This document shows, piece after piece, positions 38,890 through 52,478 of a stretch of 64,000 bases of DNA. Below the pieces are notes generated by a model that had not been told where the DNA came from, ran no database searches, and was given only the letters and a program-made list of their open reading frames with translations. Source of the DNA: Paraphysomonas bandaiensis. Lineage: Eukaryota > Protista > Chrysophyceae. Both the position numbers and the translations under genes were made by a program. The stretch is from NCBI GenBank assembly GCA_965644295.1, contig CBFFRP010000178.1, positions 37,218 through 101,217 of the forward strand, written 5' to 3'. How positions within the stretch are numbered: position 1 is the stretch's first letter; every line of letters begins with the position of its first letter.

Positions 38890-41800
38890 TTTTTTAAATA
38901 AGCACTTGTTTGTGTACTACTTTGAAATAAGTCTCCCCTTGAGCGTGACGTATATTATTCTATACTTATTCAATTTCAAATTATTCACTACTGTCAGTCA
39001 TTGTTCAGATTATTCGCGTAGCGGATTCATTTTATTCAAACTAGCGAACTATATCCTCTATCGTACGTCATAAGAAAGCTAAATTGAAAAGTCGCCTTTA
39101 GCGGATTCGTCATAGGCTAAAAATCTACTACACAGATAAATCTAAAAAACTGTACAAAACCAAGGCCTGGTAACCGTTAATGGCCCAGTAATGGTAGTCC
39201 AGTTCCCGGCAATTATAATGGCATTAATGACAATATAGTATGATGATTCATGACGAAGTAATTGCTTAAACACGTGCTCATTATAATTATTACTTCACCA
39301 TGCAGATTTGAATACGTATACCCAAAAAAGCATTCATTGGCGCCACACTGCAACTTACATTCGCTACTTATAGCACCATACTTCGAACACAACCCGGAAA
39401 GTAATTAGTAAATGCCTGGTTACCTTCGCATTCCTCCTCCTGTCCCCGTGAGATTGTCCAGCTCTCGAGATAGGGCGATCGCCTCCTTTTGCAAATGCCT
39501 GGTACAGAAGCTCGTAAACATTTTTTCATTTTACAAGACAGCAACAGTCTACCTTGATTTGGAGTCTATCCAAGCTAAGCTATCATGATGAGTATTCAAA
39601 ACCTCCAGAATCTACAATAGATGTTAATAATTGAAACACTTACGTTACGGTATGATTAAATCCCTTCTGATCCATACCAAGCACAATACTTACTTTAGGA
39701 ATGGAACCGCTTTTACTGGACCCGCCATATTCATCCTCTGACCCATCTACCGCTCCTCCACGACTGTTATTATATTCTTGAACAATTCGCTCCAAATTTT
39801 CGTGCATCTACGCGTAAAATATTTAAAAGTATCCATAGTATTCCACACTGCAGAAAAGTGCTACATGTATATAATATATACCTTAGTAAGATATTGGTCA
39901 AGATCCGCAGCAACTGAGTAGATCTCCTCGCGTGCATATGCGCTTTCGTCAACATCCTATGCAATAATATTAAGAATTTGAGAAACAGGTATTACATGTA
40001 TGTCACGTGTGATGTACAGCATTTTATTGGTAGATCTGTTGTTCATGCAGTCCGATTATTTGTATGTATTATGTGGCCATTATCGTCACTGTGTGGCAGT
40101 AGTGTATTGCTGTACTCCCAGTAGATAGCATGGAATACATGTAATTGTATTGTAGTATACGAAATAATGGGCTCTTACTACAGGATTACGCGTTGCGGGC
40201 TTCGGAAGCTGAGAGTGATGACATAGTAATGCTGTCACATGACGAGAACCGTGTCTGTGAAGAATATCAATTGGAGCACATATATGCCCGGGTGCTGTCG
40301 GATTGGAAGTCAGATGATATGTTTCAAGCTAGAAAGTGGTTTCTTCATTCGGATGATTACGTGGTTAGTCGCTCTATGGAGAAGACATGGAGAGATATTC
40401 TCAGTGATGTAAGGAATACGAGGAAGAAAGATATGGAAATGGAAATTAGTCGTAGAATTCATAGGTATGCAATCTACAATTACGTCGTTTGTTATCTTGT
40501 TTGTGTATGTATGGCGAGACTTTTGGATTTGTATACTGCCGTGAATGTAATATTTCTAGTATTCAGTATGTGTTGTAATGTCGTTGCATTTTTCAGGACG
40601 CAACTTGCGCTGGAAAAGTATGAAAGCGTAAAGTCATCCGAGGAAGTAATCAAGAGTGGACGAAAGGTTCTTGGCCATAGAGATTTTTTACCGAATGGCA
40701 TCGCCACCGAATTGGTAAGTTCGTGACTGTCGTTATACATTGTTCGTCTTTAATTGAAATTGCAGATAAAGAGGCATCGGCTTCTTCCTTCCGGTACGTG
40801 TACACTATACCACAGTTTGTATGTATTTTATAGTGCTATCGTACCGAAAGCTATCGTATATGTATGAAGTTGGTGTTTTCATAGTATATGTTCTATTAAC
40901 TCTATGAATAGTAGATGAATATGTTACGTAGAAGCATAAGTACGGCGAATTTAGTGTAGATACGTATATACTGCTGGTATGTATGACTTGTTTTTTTGCA
41001 GGGACTGAAGTGATTGCAATTCTACGGTCTTTGGCATGCAAAATAGCATCTGGAGAAATTCCTTTAGAATATGACGCTGTTCAATTAGCTGATTACGTAG
41101 ATAATACTGGAGGTTATCAGCATTGGGTTCATAACGAGCCTAAATTAGAATGGATAGTGTAATTTTTTAAATAAGCACTTGTTTGTGTACTACTTTGAAA
41201 TAAGTCTCCCCTTGAGCGTGACGTATATTATTCTATACTTATTCAATTTCAAATTATTCACTACTGTCAGTCATTGTTCAGATTATTCGCGTAGCGGATT
41301 CATTTTATTCAAACTAGCGAACTATATCCTCTATCGTACGTCATAAGAAAGCTAAATTGAAAAGTCGCCTTTAGCGGATTCGTCATAGGCTAAAAATCTA
41401 CTACACAGATAAATCTAAAAAACTGTACAAAACCAAGGCCTGGTAACCGTTAATGGCCCAGTAATGGTAGTCCAGTTCCCGGCAATTATAATGGCATTAA
41501 TGACAATATAGTATGATGATTCATGACGAAGTAATTGCTTAAACACGTGCTCATTATAATTATTACTTCACCATGCAGATTTGAATACGTATACCCAAAA
41601 AAGCATTCATTGGCGCCACACTGCAACTTACATTCGCTACTTATAGCACCATACTTCGAACACAACCCGGAAAGTAATTAGTAAATGCCTGGTTACCTTC
41701 GCATTCCTCCTCCTGTCCCCGTGAGATTGTCCAGCTCTCGAGATAGGGCGATCGCCTCCTTTTGCAAATGCCTGGTACAGAAGCTCGTAAACATTTTTTC

Positions 41801-42258
41801 ATTTTACAAGACAGCAACAGTCTACCTTGATTTGGAGTCTATCCAAGCTAAGCTATCATGATGAGTATTCAAAACCTCCAGAATCTACAATAGATGTTAA
41901 TAATTGAAACACTTACGTTACGGTATGATTAAATCCCTTCTGATCCATACCAAGCACAATACTTACTTTAGGAATGGAACCGCTTTTACTGGACCCGCCA
42001 TATTCATCCTCTGACCCATCTACCGCTCCTCCACGACTGTTATTATATTCTTGAACAATTCGCTCCAAATTTTCGTGCATCTACGCGTAAAATATTTAAA
42101 AGTATCCATAGTATTCCACACTGCAGAAAAGTGCTACATGTATATAATATATACCTTAGTAAGATATTGGTCAAGATCCGCAGCAACTGAGTAGATCTCC
42201 TCGCGTGCATATGCGCTTTCGTCAACATCCTATGCAATAATATTAAGAATTTGAGAAA
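37710..42258. repeat. 2273-bp direct tandem duplication (37710-39982 and 39983-42255)
   Basis: Identical ORFs at a constant offset of 2273; the junction has AAA microhomology. Confidence 0.97.
39189..39226. repeat. Dispersed TAATGG-rich repeat (copy at 41462-41499; inverted copy at 50193-50230)
   Basis: TAATGGTAGTCCAGTTCCCGGCAATTATAATGGCATTA is an exact 38-bp match in reverse complement. Confidence 0.8.
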
Positions 42259-45200
42259 TGTCCCAGCGTGCTGTAAGTAGATATCTGTACACATGGACAA
42301 TAAATGCTTGTCATTATCATGCAGTATTTTCTGTTTAAATTGCAAGATACTAGACGACATCCTACCACGTTCCCAACGCTCTTAAGGTGTTCGTCTACGT
42401 CTCTCGATAACACATCTAGCTCATCATCCAGCTCTCGCTGGTACGTCTGAAATAATGTAAGAATAAGCGACAAAAAGTAAATAGGTGTAGAGATCGGCAA
42501 CAGACATACACTCTGAATTGGCATCTTTCTGCTTGTTATATGTGTACATCTTTTCTCACCTCTATTGCTTGAATGGATCCATCAAGATCCTCCTGGTCCA
42601 CGAGAATCCTATGAACGCTGTCCATCAATCCGTTAAGCTCCTGTGAACAGTTTTGGTAAATACATGATCATATTTTTGAAATAAATTTTATACACTAAGC
42701 AAGCACCAAGTAAACAAACAACATCCCACAACCTTTTGGTTCTCTCTTAACTGCTTGTCCCACGCCGCCACTCGTTTGGACTGCTTCTCATATTCGTCAA
42801 TATCAGCCTTCAGTTGGTCCGTCCAATTGTTGATGATTCCATCAAGTGTCAATGTACTGCAAAACACAGCGTTAGCACATAAACCCGTTCCCATGAACAG
42901 GCTACAAAAAAATATCGATCTTCTATACACATACTCCCTCATAAATTCAAGCGGATAATACCTGTATTCCTGTGAAGACTGAAGGGTGATTCCCGTACTA
43001 GATTTAGTACTCGTATCATTGGCACTAGTTGCAGGTACGGATGAGCTGCTTTGAGTTTGTTTCGAGTCTTGCTGAGTATTGTTGGCGGCCTGACTGGTGC
43101 TAGATGGCAGCGAAAACTTCGAAGCATCAGTGCCACTTTTGCTATCAGGTTTGGTACCTACAAGAAAGCAAATATTAGAGGTGTTATTATCTGCTACCCG
43201 GATGAGCAATGAAATACAACAAAGCAACAAATATAGGCACACACCACCATGTTCAACTGCAATCACATATACGTTTTTACACACATCAACAACTCCCTAG
43301 TCACTGCATAGCTTAAGTGACAAATATAAACATAAACATGAGCTAGAAAACAAAATCATGACATTCATTCCACACTATTGCACCACAGTCAGATATCTGC
43401 ATGCATATGTCAACTTACTTCCAAACCCAAAACTAGTCGGTGCAGTACCAGAACTAGCAGATGCAGCCTTACTATCACCACCTGGAGAAAATATAATCAC
43501 GTATTGTAAATTACACGCGTATCAGCAACAACTTCATGTCATATAATAGTGCAATAATTAAATAACACACCATCAGTAGAAAATAAATCGAATGGAGATT
43601 ACAGAATCACATGCTCCAATGTAATACAAGTACAACCACAAATATCTACACACATATGCCAACTTACCCCCAACCCCAAAACTAGGCTTTGCATCACCAG
43701 AACCACCGGCTGCAGCCTTATTATCACCACCTGTGTGTAACAACAATCACATATACGTTTTCACACACATCAACAACTCCCTAGTCACTGCATAGCTTAA
43801 GTGACAAATATAAACATAAACATGAGCTAGAAAACAAAATCATGACACATTCCACGCTATTGCACCACAGTCAGGTATCTGCATACATATGTCAACTTAC
43901 TTCCAAACCCAAAACCAGGCTTTGCATCACCAGAACCACCGGCTGCAGCCTTATTATCACCACCTGTGTGTAACAACAATCACATATACGTTTTCACACA
44001 CATCAACAACTCCCTAGTCACTGCATAGCTTAAGTGACAAATATAAACATAAACATGAGCTAGAAAACAAAATCATGACACATTCCACGCTATTGCACCA
44101 CAGTCAGATATCTGCATACATATGTCAACTTACTTCCAAACCCAAAACCAGGCTTTGCATCACCAGAACCACCGGCTGCAGCCTTATTATCACCACCTGT
44201 GTGTAACAACAATCACATATACGTTTTCACACACATCAACAACTCCCTAGTCACTGCATAGCTTAAGTGACAAATATAAACATAAACATGAGCTAGAAAA
44301 CAAAATCATGACACATTCCACGCTATTGCACCACAGTCAGATATCTGCATACATATGTCAACTTACTTCCAAACCCAAAACCAGGCTTTGCATCACCAGA
44401 ACCACCGGCTGCAGCCTTATTATCACCACCTGTGTGTAACAACAATCACATATACGTTTACACACACATCAACAACTCCCTAGTCACTGCATAGCTTAAG
44501 TGACAAATATAAACATAAACATGAGCTAGAAAACAAAAACATGACATTCATTCCACGCTATTGCACCACAGTCAGATATCTGCATGCATATGTCAACTTA
44601 CTTCCAAACCCAAAACCAGGCTTTGAATCACCAGAACCACCGGCTGCAGCCTTATTATCACCACCTATATGTAACAACAATCACATATACATTTTCACAC
44701 ACATCAACAACTCCCTAGTCACTGCATAGCTTAAGTGACAAATATAAACATAAACATGAGCTAGAAAACAAAATCGTGACATTCATTCCACACTATTGCA
44801 CCACAGTCAGATATCTGCATGCATATGTCAACTTACTTCCAAACCCAAAACTAGTCGGTGCAGTACCAGAACTAGCAGATGCAGCCTTACTATCACCACC
44901 TGGAGAAAATATAATCACGTATTGTAAATTACACGCGTATCAGCAACAACTTCATGTCATATAATAGTGCAATAATTAAATAACACACCATCAGTAGAAA
45001 ATAAATCGAATGGAGATTACAGAATCACATGCTCCAATGTAATACAAGTACAACCACAAATATCTACACACATATGCCAACTTACCCCCAAGCCCAAAAC
45101 TAGGCTTTGCATCACCAGAACCACCGGCTGCAGCCTTATTATCACCACCTGTGTGTAACAACAATCACATATACGTTTTCACACACATCAACAACTCCCT

Positions 45201-47774
45201 AGTCACTGCATAGCTTAAGTGACAAATATAAACATAAACATGAGCTAGAAAACAAAATCATGACATTCATTCCACGCTATTGCACCACAGTCAGATATCT
45301 GCATACATATGTCAACTTACTTCCAAACCCAAAACCAGGCTTTGCATCACCAGAACCACCGGCTGCAGCCTTATTATCACCACCTGTGTGTAACAACAAT
45401 CACATATACGTTTTCACACACATCAACACTCCCTAGTCACTGCATAGCTTAAGTGACAAATATAAACATAAACATGAGCTAGAAAACAAAATCATGACAT
45501 TCATTCCACGCTATTGCACCACAGTCAGATATCTGCATGCATATATCAACTTACTTCCAAACCCAAAACTAGTCGGTGCAGTACCAGAACCACCGGCTGC
45601 AGCCTTATTATCACCACCTGTGTGTAACAACAATCACATATACGTTTTCACACACATCAACAACTCCCTAGTCACTGCATAGCTTAAGTGACAAATATAA
45701 ACATAAACATGAGCTAGAAAACAAAATCATGACATTCATTCCACGCTATTGCACCACAGTCAGATATCTGCATACATATGTCAACTTACTTCCAAACCCA
45801 AAACCAGGCTTTGCATCACCAGAACCACCGGCTGCAGCCTTATTATCACCACCTGTGTGTAACAACAATCACATATACGTTTTCACACACATCAACAACT
45901 CCCTAGTCTCAGCATAGCTTAAGTGACAAATATAAACATAAACATGAGCTAGAAAACAAAATCATGACATTCATTCCACACTATTACACCACAGTCAGAT
46001 ATCTGCATGCATATATCAACTTACTTCCAAACCCAAAACCAGGCTTTGCATCACCAGAACTAGCAGATGCAGCCTTATTATCACCACCTGTGAGTAACAA
46101 CAATCATATATACGTTTTCACACACATCAACAACTCCCTAGTCACTGCATAGCTTAAGTGACAAATATAAACATAAACATGAGCTAGAAAACAAAATCGT
46201 GACATTCATTCCACACTATTACACCACAGTCAGGTATCTGCATGCATATGTCAACTTACTTCCAAACCCAAAACTGGTCGGTGCAGTACCAGAACTAGCA
46301 GATGCAGCCTTATTATCACCACCTGTGTGTAACAACAATCACATATACGTTGTCATACACATCAACAACTCCCTAGTCACAGCATAGCTTAAGTGACAAA
46401 TATAAACATAAACATGAGCTAGAAAACAAAATCGTGACATTCATTCCACACTATTGCACCACAGTCAGGTATCTGCATGCATATGTCAACTTACTTCCAA
46501 ACCCAAAACTAGTCGGTGCAGTACCAGAACTAGCAGATGCAGCCTTACTATCACCACCTGGAGAAAATATAATCACGTATTGTAAATTACACGCGTATCA
46601 GCAACAACTTCATGTCATATAATAGTGCAATAATTAAGTAACACACCATCAGTAGAAAATAAATCGAATGGAGATTACAGAATCACATGCTCCAATGTAA
46701 TACAAGTACAACCACAAATATCTACACACATATGCCAACTTACCCCCAAACCCAAAACTAGTCGGTGCAGTACCAGAACCACCGGCTGCAGCCTTATTAT
46801 CACCACCTGTGTGTAACAACAATCACATATACGTTTTTACACACATCAACAACTCCCTAGTCACTGCATAGCTTAAGTGACAAATATAAACATAAACATG
46901 AGCTAGAAAACAAAATCATGACATTCATTCCACACTATTACACCACAGTCACATATCTGCATGCATATGTCAACTTACTTCCAAACCCAAAACTAGTCGG
47001 TGCAGTACCAGAACTAGCAGATGCAGCCTTATTATCACCACCTGTGTGTAACAACAATCACATATACGTTTTCACACACATCAACAACTCCCTAGTCACT
47101 GCATAGCTTAAGTGACAAATATAAACATAAACATGAGCTAGAAAACAAAATCATGACATTCATTCCACACTATTACACCACAGTCACATATCTGCATGCA
47201 TATGTCAACTTACTTCCAAACCCAAAACTAGTCGGTGCAGTACCAGAACCACCGGCTGCAGCCTTATTATCACCACCTATGTGCAACAACAGTCAATCTC
47301 ACTATCACAATACGAGATTGAAGAAAAGTGTAGCATGACATTCTCATGAAACATACACCCTTTTCGTTCATAGTTATAAACTATGGACATATACTCAACC
47401 CACCTGCAAATCCAAAACTACCTGTCGATGTTGAAGTGGAGCCTATAAACAAATAACAGTTATGTACACTGAAGCAACCAACAATATATATATACATATA
47501 CGTCACACCATCTATGTATATATACACATATATACACTATCAGTTACAATGTTTTTCTACTTACCCCCTCCAAATGAAGGTGTTGATGCTCCTCCTGTCA
47601 TACATACATTAATATATACACACATACATATATATATACATACATACATACTACACACAGACATATACATACATACATCTCATTACCTCCAAATGAAAAC
47701 GATGAATTCGTCCCCGTCCCACCTGATGTACTGCTTTTAGCAGGTGTTCCACTACCTCCAAAATTAAAACTCAT
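41693..47774 (-). CDS. NUP62: FG nucleoporin Nup62/Nsp1
   Basis: N-terminus MSFNFGG; FG-repeat exons; Nsp1_C-like coiled coil TLDGIINNWTDQL...VAAWDKQLRENQK, AREEIYSVAADLD, ILEVLNTHHDSLAWID; stop at 41695-41693. Confidence 0.92.
43260..47290 (-). repeat. Tandem exon+intron array (233-249-bp units) carrying 17 FG micro-exons
   Basis: Each unit is AG|63-bp exon|GTAAGT plus an intron. The outermost exons are 43419-43481 and 47214-47276. Confidence 0.95.
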
Positions 47775-48405
47775 TTTATTAATAAGATAGTGTATAGTTA
47801 GTCTAGTGTGGTAATAGTGGTATGTGTTGAGTGGTATGTGTATATATATGTACCATACAGAGAGAGGCAGGTACATAGTGCTACATATACATACATGTAC
47901 CATACATACACATACTGCTGTACATATATACGTATAGATACATATACCATACCATACATACTGCTGTACATACGTATACATACATATACATACATGTACA
48001 TACATACTGCTGGACATCCACTGCTGTACCTACCATACAGCAGTGTGTATATATATATTACGATTGTACTACTTATGTATGTACTGCTGTACTGCATTAT
48101 ATGTACTGATGTACGACTATAGGTTCTAGAGTTAGACTCTGTGTACCCATACATATTTATATACACAGACTACATCACACAACCACCACATATCACTCTT
48201 CAAAATACTAGCCAATGAAAAGACTTTATACTTACAGGAAGGAAAATGATTTGTTTACATGTCTCTGAGGTGGTGTATATAACACTGCTGCTGTCTGTCT
48301 ATATGCACTTAACTATGCAAAGCAGGTAGGTATATATATGCATTCATATATAACAATAGAAGGTTAGATTGATACATATTCCACCTACTATCACTTATTT
48401 CAACA

Positions 48406-49721
48406 ATGTATCGACACATATCACATCACTATCAACCCATTAACACTATCACCTCATTTATCACTCAACATCACCACTATCATACCTCTATTGTCTTATC
48501 TATTAACAGGTAACGTACAATCCTATACATTACTAAGACATACTAACATATATATACAGAATCTTTCTAGAAAACGATGAAATTGTTTCTAAAAATGATA
48601 ACATCTTCAACTTCAAGCTGAATAAGAGTGATTATCGCTCACATCATTTGATTAATGTGTGTATATATATATATACAGCTCTGTATATAACACTTATTAA
48701 TAGGCTCTTAAGTTAACTAAAGGTGAATACTTTAAAGCTGCAATTGCTGATAAGGGGATATCGGACAGTGCTTTAATATCTCAATGCTCAACTACTGATA
48801 TCGATATATCCATTGCTGAGAATACGTTACGTCCAACAGCAAAGCCGAATATCGATTTGATTCTTGCTGTTCCACGCCCTAAGAAACTAGCCGCTATCTT
48901 GGCGACAGTAGCAAGTATAGGTGTGCGAAGAATATTTTTTATACGAGCCGATAAAGTCGAAGCAGAATATTTAGGTGATATCATGTTTCATGTGTGTTTC
49001 CGACTATACTATACGAGTTGCACTTTGCACATCAGCACACACAAATATCGTTGTTCTGTCGCTATCTTGTCTCATTTGTATCTTTGGCAGGATCACATAT
49101 TCTTGCACAGCCAACTCTTATTAGAAAACATCTGATAACCGGTCTATCACAGTCATCTGTGGACTGTCATGTACCCACAGTGCGTGTTTACAAGCATATG
49201 GACGCATTCTTCAGAGATATACCGCGACTTTTTCCACTTCCATACTACGTGAGATGTCTTGCACACCCTCTGAAGTTACAAATAGATGAAGAAACTCTGT
49301 CCAAATATGGAAATAGAATTCGGTATTGCGAGATGCAGCGTAGTAAAGTTGGATTCAGCAAGCGGGCTCTGTCAAACTCACCACCTCTTGACACTCCAAT
49401 TTCTGAACATATATCTACCTCTCCCACGTTTAGCCAGCTTGCGCCTCCATCAAATTGGGATGGAACGATTCAGACAGATCGATCACTTGTTCTGGCTATT
49501 GGACCAGACGGAGGTTGGACCGACACTGAACTATGCCAGTTCGTTCTACAAGAGTTTCAGTGCGTGAATATTGGAAGCAGAGTATTAAAGACGGATATTG
49601 CGGTGAGTGATTTAACGTTATAATAATTATGCATGCTGGTTTATTTCGATATTTTTTACAGATACCAGCTCTGATGTGCAGAGCAAGCGAGTGGCTGCAC
49701 TCTTGTCAATTCGAGCAATAG
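48406..49721 (+). CDS. rsmE: RsmE-like SPOUT rRNA (m3U) methyltransferase, probably organelle-targeted
   Basis: LILAVPRPKKL...ASIGV...KVE, GLSQS, LAIGPDGGW and IGSRVLKTDIA motifs; 4 introns; N-terminal extension before INRIFLE. The start codon is uncertain. Confidence 0.85.
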
Positions 49722-50604
49722 GATATCAAATAATCATGTGTGGATGCATAGATAGAAGACATTTCTAAATGGAATACAACGGGAAATGTATTGTAGTGTG
49801 AGAAATGTATGTGTTATAGATGACATAGATGTTACAACAAATAGGTTTAACTTTCTTAAAGTAGTCTATTGCCAGAGCTGTGTAACTGTACTCAGTTTAA
49901 CTCTTTCCACCTTTCAACTTTATCATGCATGCATGAGTGTAGAAAAAATAGACCATAAGCCTCTGATGTTACTTTTAATTAATATAATAGGTTGTAATAT
50001 TAACTATGATAATTGATTGTCGAAAATACTTTCTTGTGTAGTAGAATAAATTACTAGCTTTATTACTGAATATTATATAAAATATAAGTAATGAGTGATA
50101 TATATATGAGTTGAGATAGTTTTCATTTAGCATTGCTTGTTCCATTGCTGTAAGTATAACCGCTAATGGTAATGGCATTAATGATAATGCGGTAATGCCA
50201 TTATAATTGCCGGGAACTGGACTACCATTAATGGATAAGAGGTCCTGGATCATATCTTTCAATATACTACTCCTATAAGAACTGCAAATATGTAAAAACA
50301 ATTTCCCATGTATCTTTATTACATGTGCCACCTCGAATCATATATTGCGAATATCAGGCAAACATAACTTATATAACAGACACGTATAATACGAGTCACC
50401 GAAATTTACTTCTTAGCAACGGATTACCACTCCACTGCATCATCTTGTCAACAACCAACAGTGTGTACTATCTTTTAAAATACACCACTATCACTACATT
50501 ATCATGCCAAACTGTAGCATTATTCCATTTCAATTGACTAAACGCGTGCAACGAACGGCGTGTCATATATTCTTTATGGCTGTACTAGATTAGAAAATCA
50601 ACCC

Positions 50605-52102
50605 TTAGTAGGGCCTCCTTTCCCCTCTACCTGGAGACCTCGAGCGACGTCTTCTACTGCTGCTGCGGTCCCCATCCCGATCCCTGCTGCGAGCTCTCTT
50701 CCGATCTGGAGGCCCGTAGTGGGACTCCCCTCCTCGTGCTCGAGAGTCATCCCGGGGTCGGTCTCGCCCACCTCTTTCCCGGCTGCGACCACTGCCACGA
50801 GACCTATCCTCACGTGATCTGTCTTCTCGCCTATCACGACTCCGACTCCTTCGTGCACCCCCAGAATCCCTTCCTCTATCCCTTGCACCTCTATCAGGAG
50901 GAGGGGCATATGCAGAGCGGGTAGCATTCTCTTGTAGTGCTTTTAGCTGCTCTTCAGCAATTTCTTTCTTGCTTTTCTGAGGTCGACGTCCACCTAGACC
51001 ACCACCAAACCGACGAGGACGCCATTTCTGAACAGTTCTAAAAATAATATTAGGAAGTCAGTAGGATAACTTGCAGTCATTACTTCATACAGCGTTCTAT
51101 CATACACACATATATATATATAACACTAGTTTATTCCCGGTATACCTTCCTCTCTCTACATCAACAAGTATACGTCTTCCATCAATCTTTTTACCATCCG
51201 CACGTTTATATGCCATTGTCATATCTTCTTCTCTTTCAAACTCAATAAATGCATATCCTCTTGGTTTCCCATTATTATCTAGTACTAATTTAACTGTACG
51301 TATTGGACCATATTGTTCAAATTCACGTCGTAATTTTTTTTCAGATGTATCATATGATAATCTTGCAATAAATAATGTACTATATGCATTCCTGTATATA
51401 TAAAAATATTAATATATACATATATACATATATATACATATACATACTCTGTAGCTTTAAAGTTACGTTTTGGATCCCAATCAATAATTAAAAGTTCATT
51501 TTTTTCTTGATTTGATTTCATTAATTGTTCACTTAAACGTTTTTTACGTTCTTTAGGATTTTCTACAATTGGTTTTTCTGGAGTTTCTTTTTCAAATAAT
51601 GGAATATATTGACTGATTCCTGTATATGGGGGCATTTTACGTTTTGTCATAGGAGGTTTATGAGGTAATGGAGGACGTGGTTCGAACATCATCTTCATAT
51701 CTATGAAAAAATGAAGTGAATAATTCAAATACGTATATATGAATATGTTAATAGTAAGAATTATTGCATGTTAATATACGTATATCTAGCAGTGTCATCT
51801 CTATAGGTACATATACGCATATATACGTGCATATAGATACATATATAGAGAGACATACATATCAACATATACATACATGCATATACGTCAATATACATAT
51901 ATAAGCATATCAATTTAACATACTTGGAGGAAGATCACTCAATGGTGGACGTTGATTGGCTCCTGCAGACATCTGACCTCTTGGCTGTATTCACTTACTC
52001 ATAAGCTCATATATATATACATGCATAAGAACTAACCGTCATCTTCCTATCTCCACCTCCTCGGCCACCTGCGGGAGGGTCTCGAGAGCCAGGGCCGTAC
52101 AT
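50605..52102 (-). CDS. SNRNP70: U1 snRNP 70 kDa protein
   Basis: [67 protein letters not shown]|[15 protein letters not shown], and an RS/RD-rich tail. Confidence 0.96.
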
Positions 52103-52188
52103 GATTGAGGTTTATTGCAATATGGTTGACTGTAATGTGTGCTGTGGTTGCATATACATAATCTAACATCAATAGACAGCTTCATATG

Positions 52189-52191
<3 letters not shown>

Positions 52192-52222
<31 letters not shown>

Positions 52223-52400
52223 TGTATGTATGTATGTATGTATGTATGTATGTATGTATGTATGTATGTATGTATGTATGTATGTATGTATGTATGTATG
52301 TATGTATGTATGTATGTATGTATGTATGTATGTATGTATGTATGTATGTATGTATGTATGTATGTATGTATGTATGTATGTATGTATGTATGTATGTATG
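52192..52400. repeat. (TATG)n microsatellite between divergent genes
   Basis: Directly visible. Confidence 0.99.
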
Positions 52401-52478
52401 TGTGTGGATGGTTGGGTTTTATGGTTATTCTTCTATTAGATTCATTTGTATCTCCATAGAATCAGTCTACCCTACTAT

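Noticed and set aside
37710-42258. Duplication interpreted as LTRs of a mobile element
   Set aside because: The copies are directly adjacent, consist of host exons, and lack TG..CA ends, a PBS or a TSD.
43260-47290. CRISPR-like array, or a family of 62-aa + strand ORFs (MTFIPHY...)
   Set aside because: Units are about 235 bp with no unique spacers and there are no cas genes. The variable part is a minus-strand spliced FG exon, so the + strand ORFs are antisense shadows.
47462-48166. Tyr/Ile/Met-rich ORFs around the Nup62 start
   Set aside because: Low-complexity intergenic and intronic sequence; only the MSFNFGG exon and two short FG exons are coding.
50598-50927. 109-aa minus-strand ORF
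   Set aside because: Alternative frame of the U1-70K RS-rich last exon.
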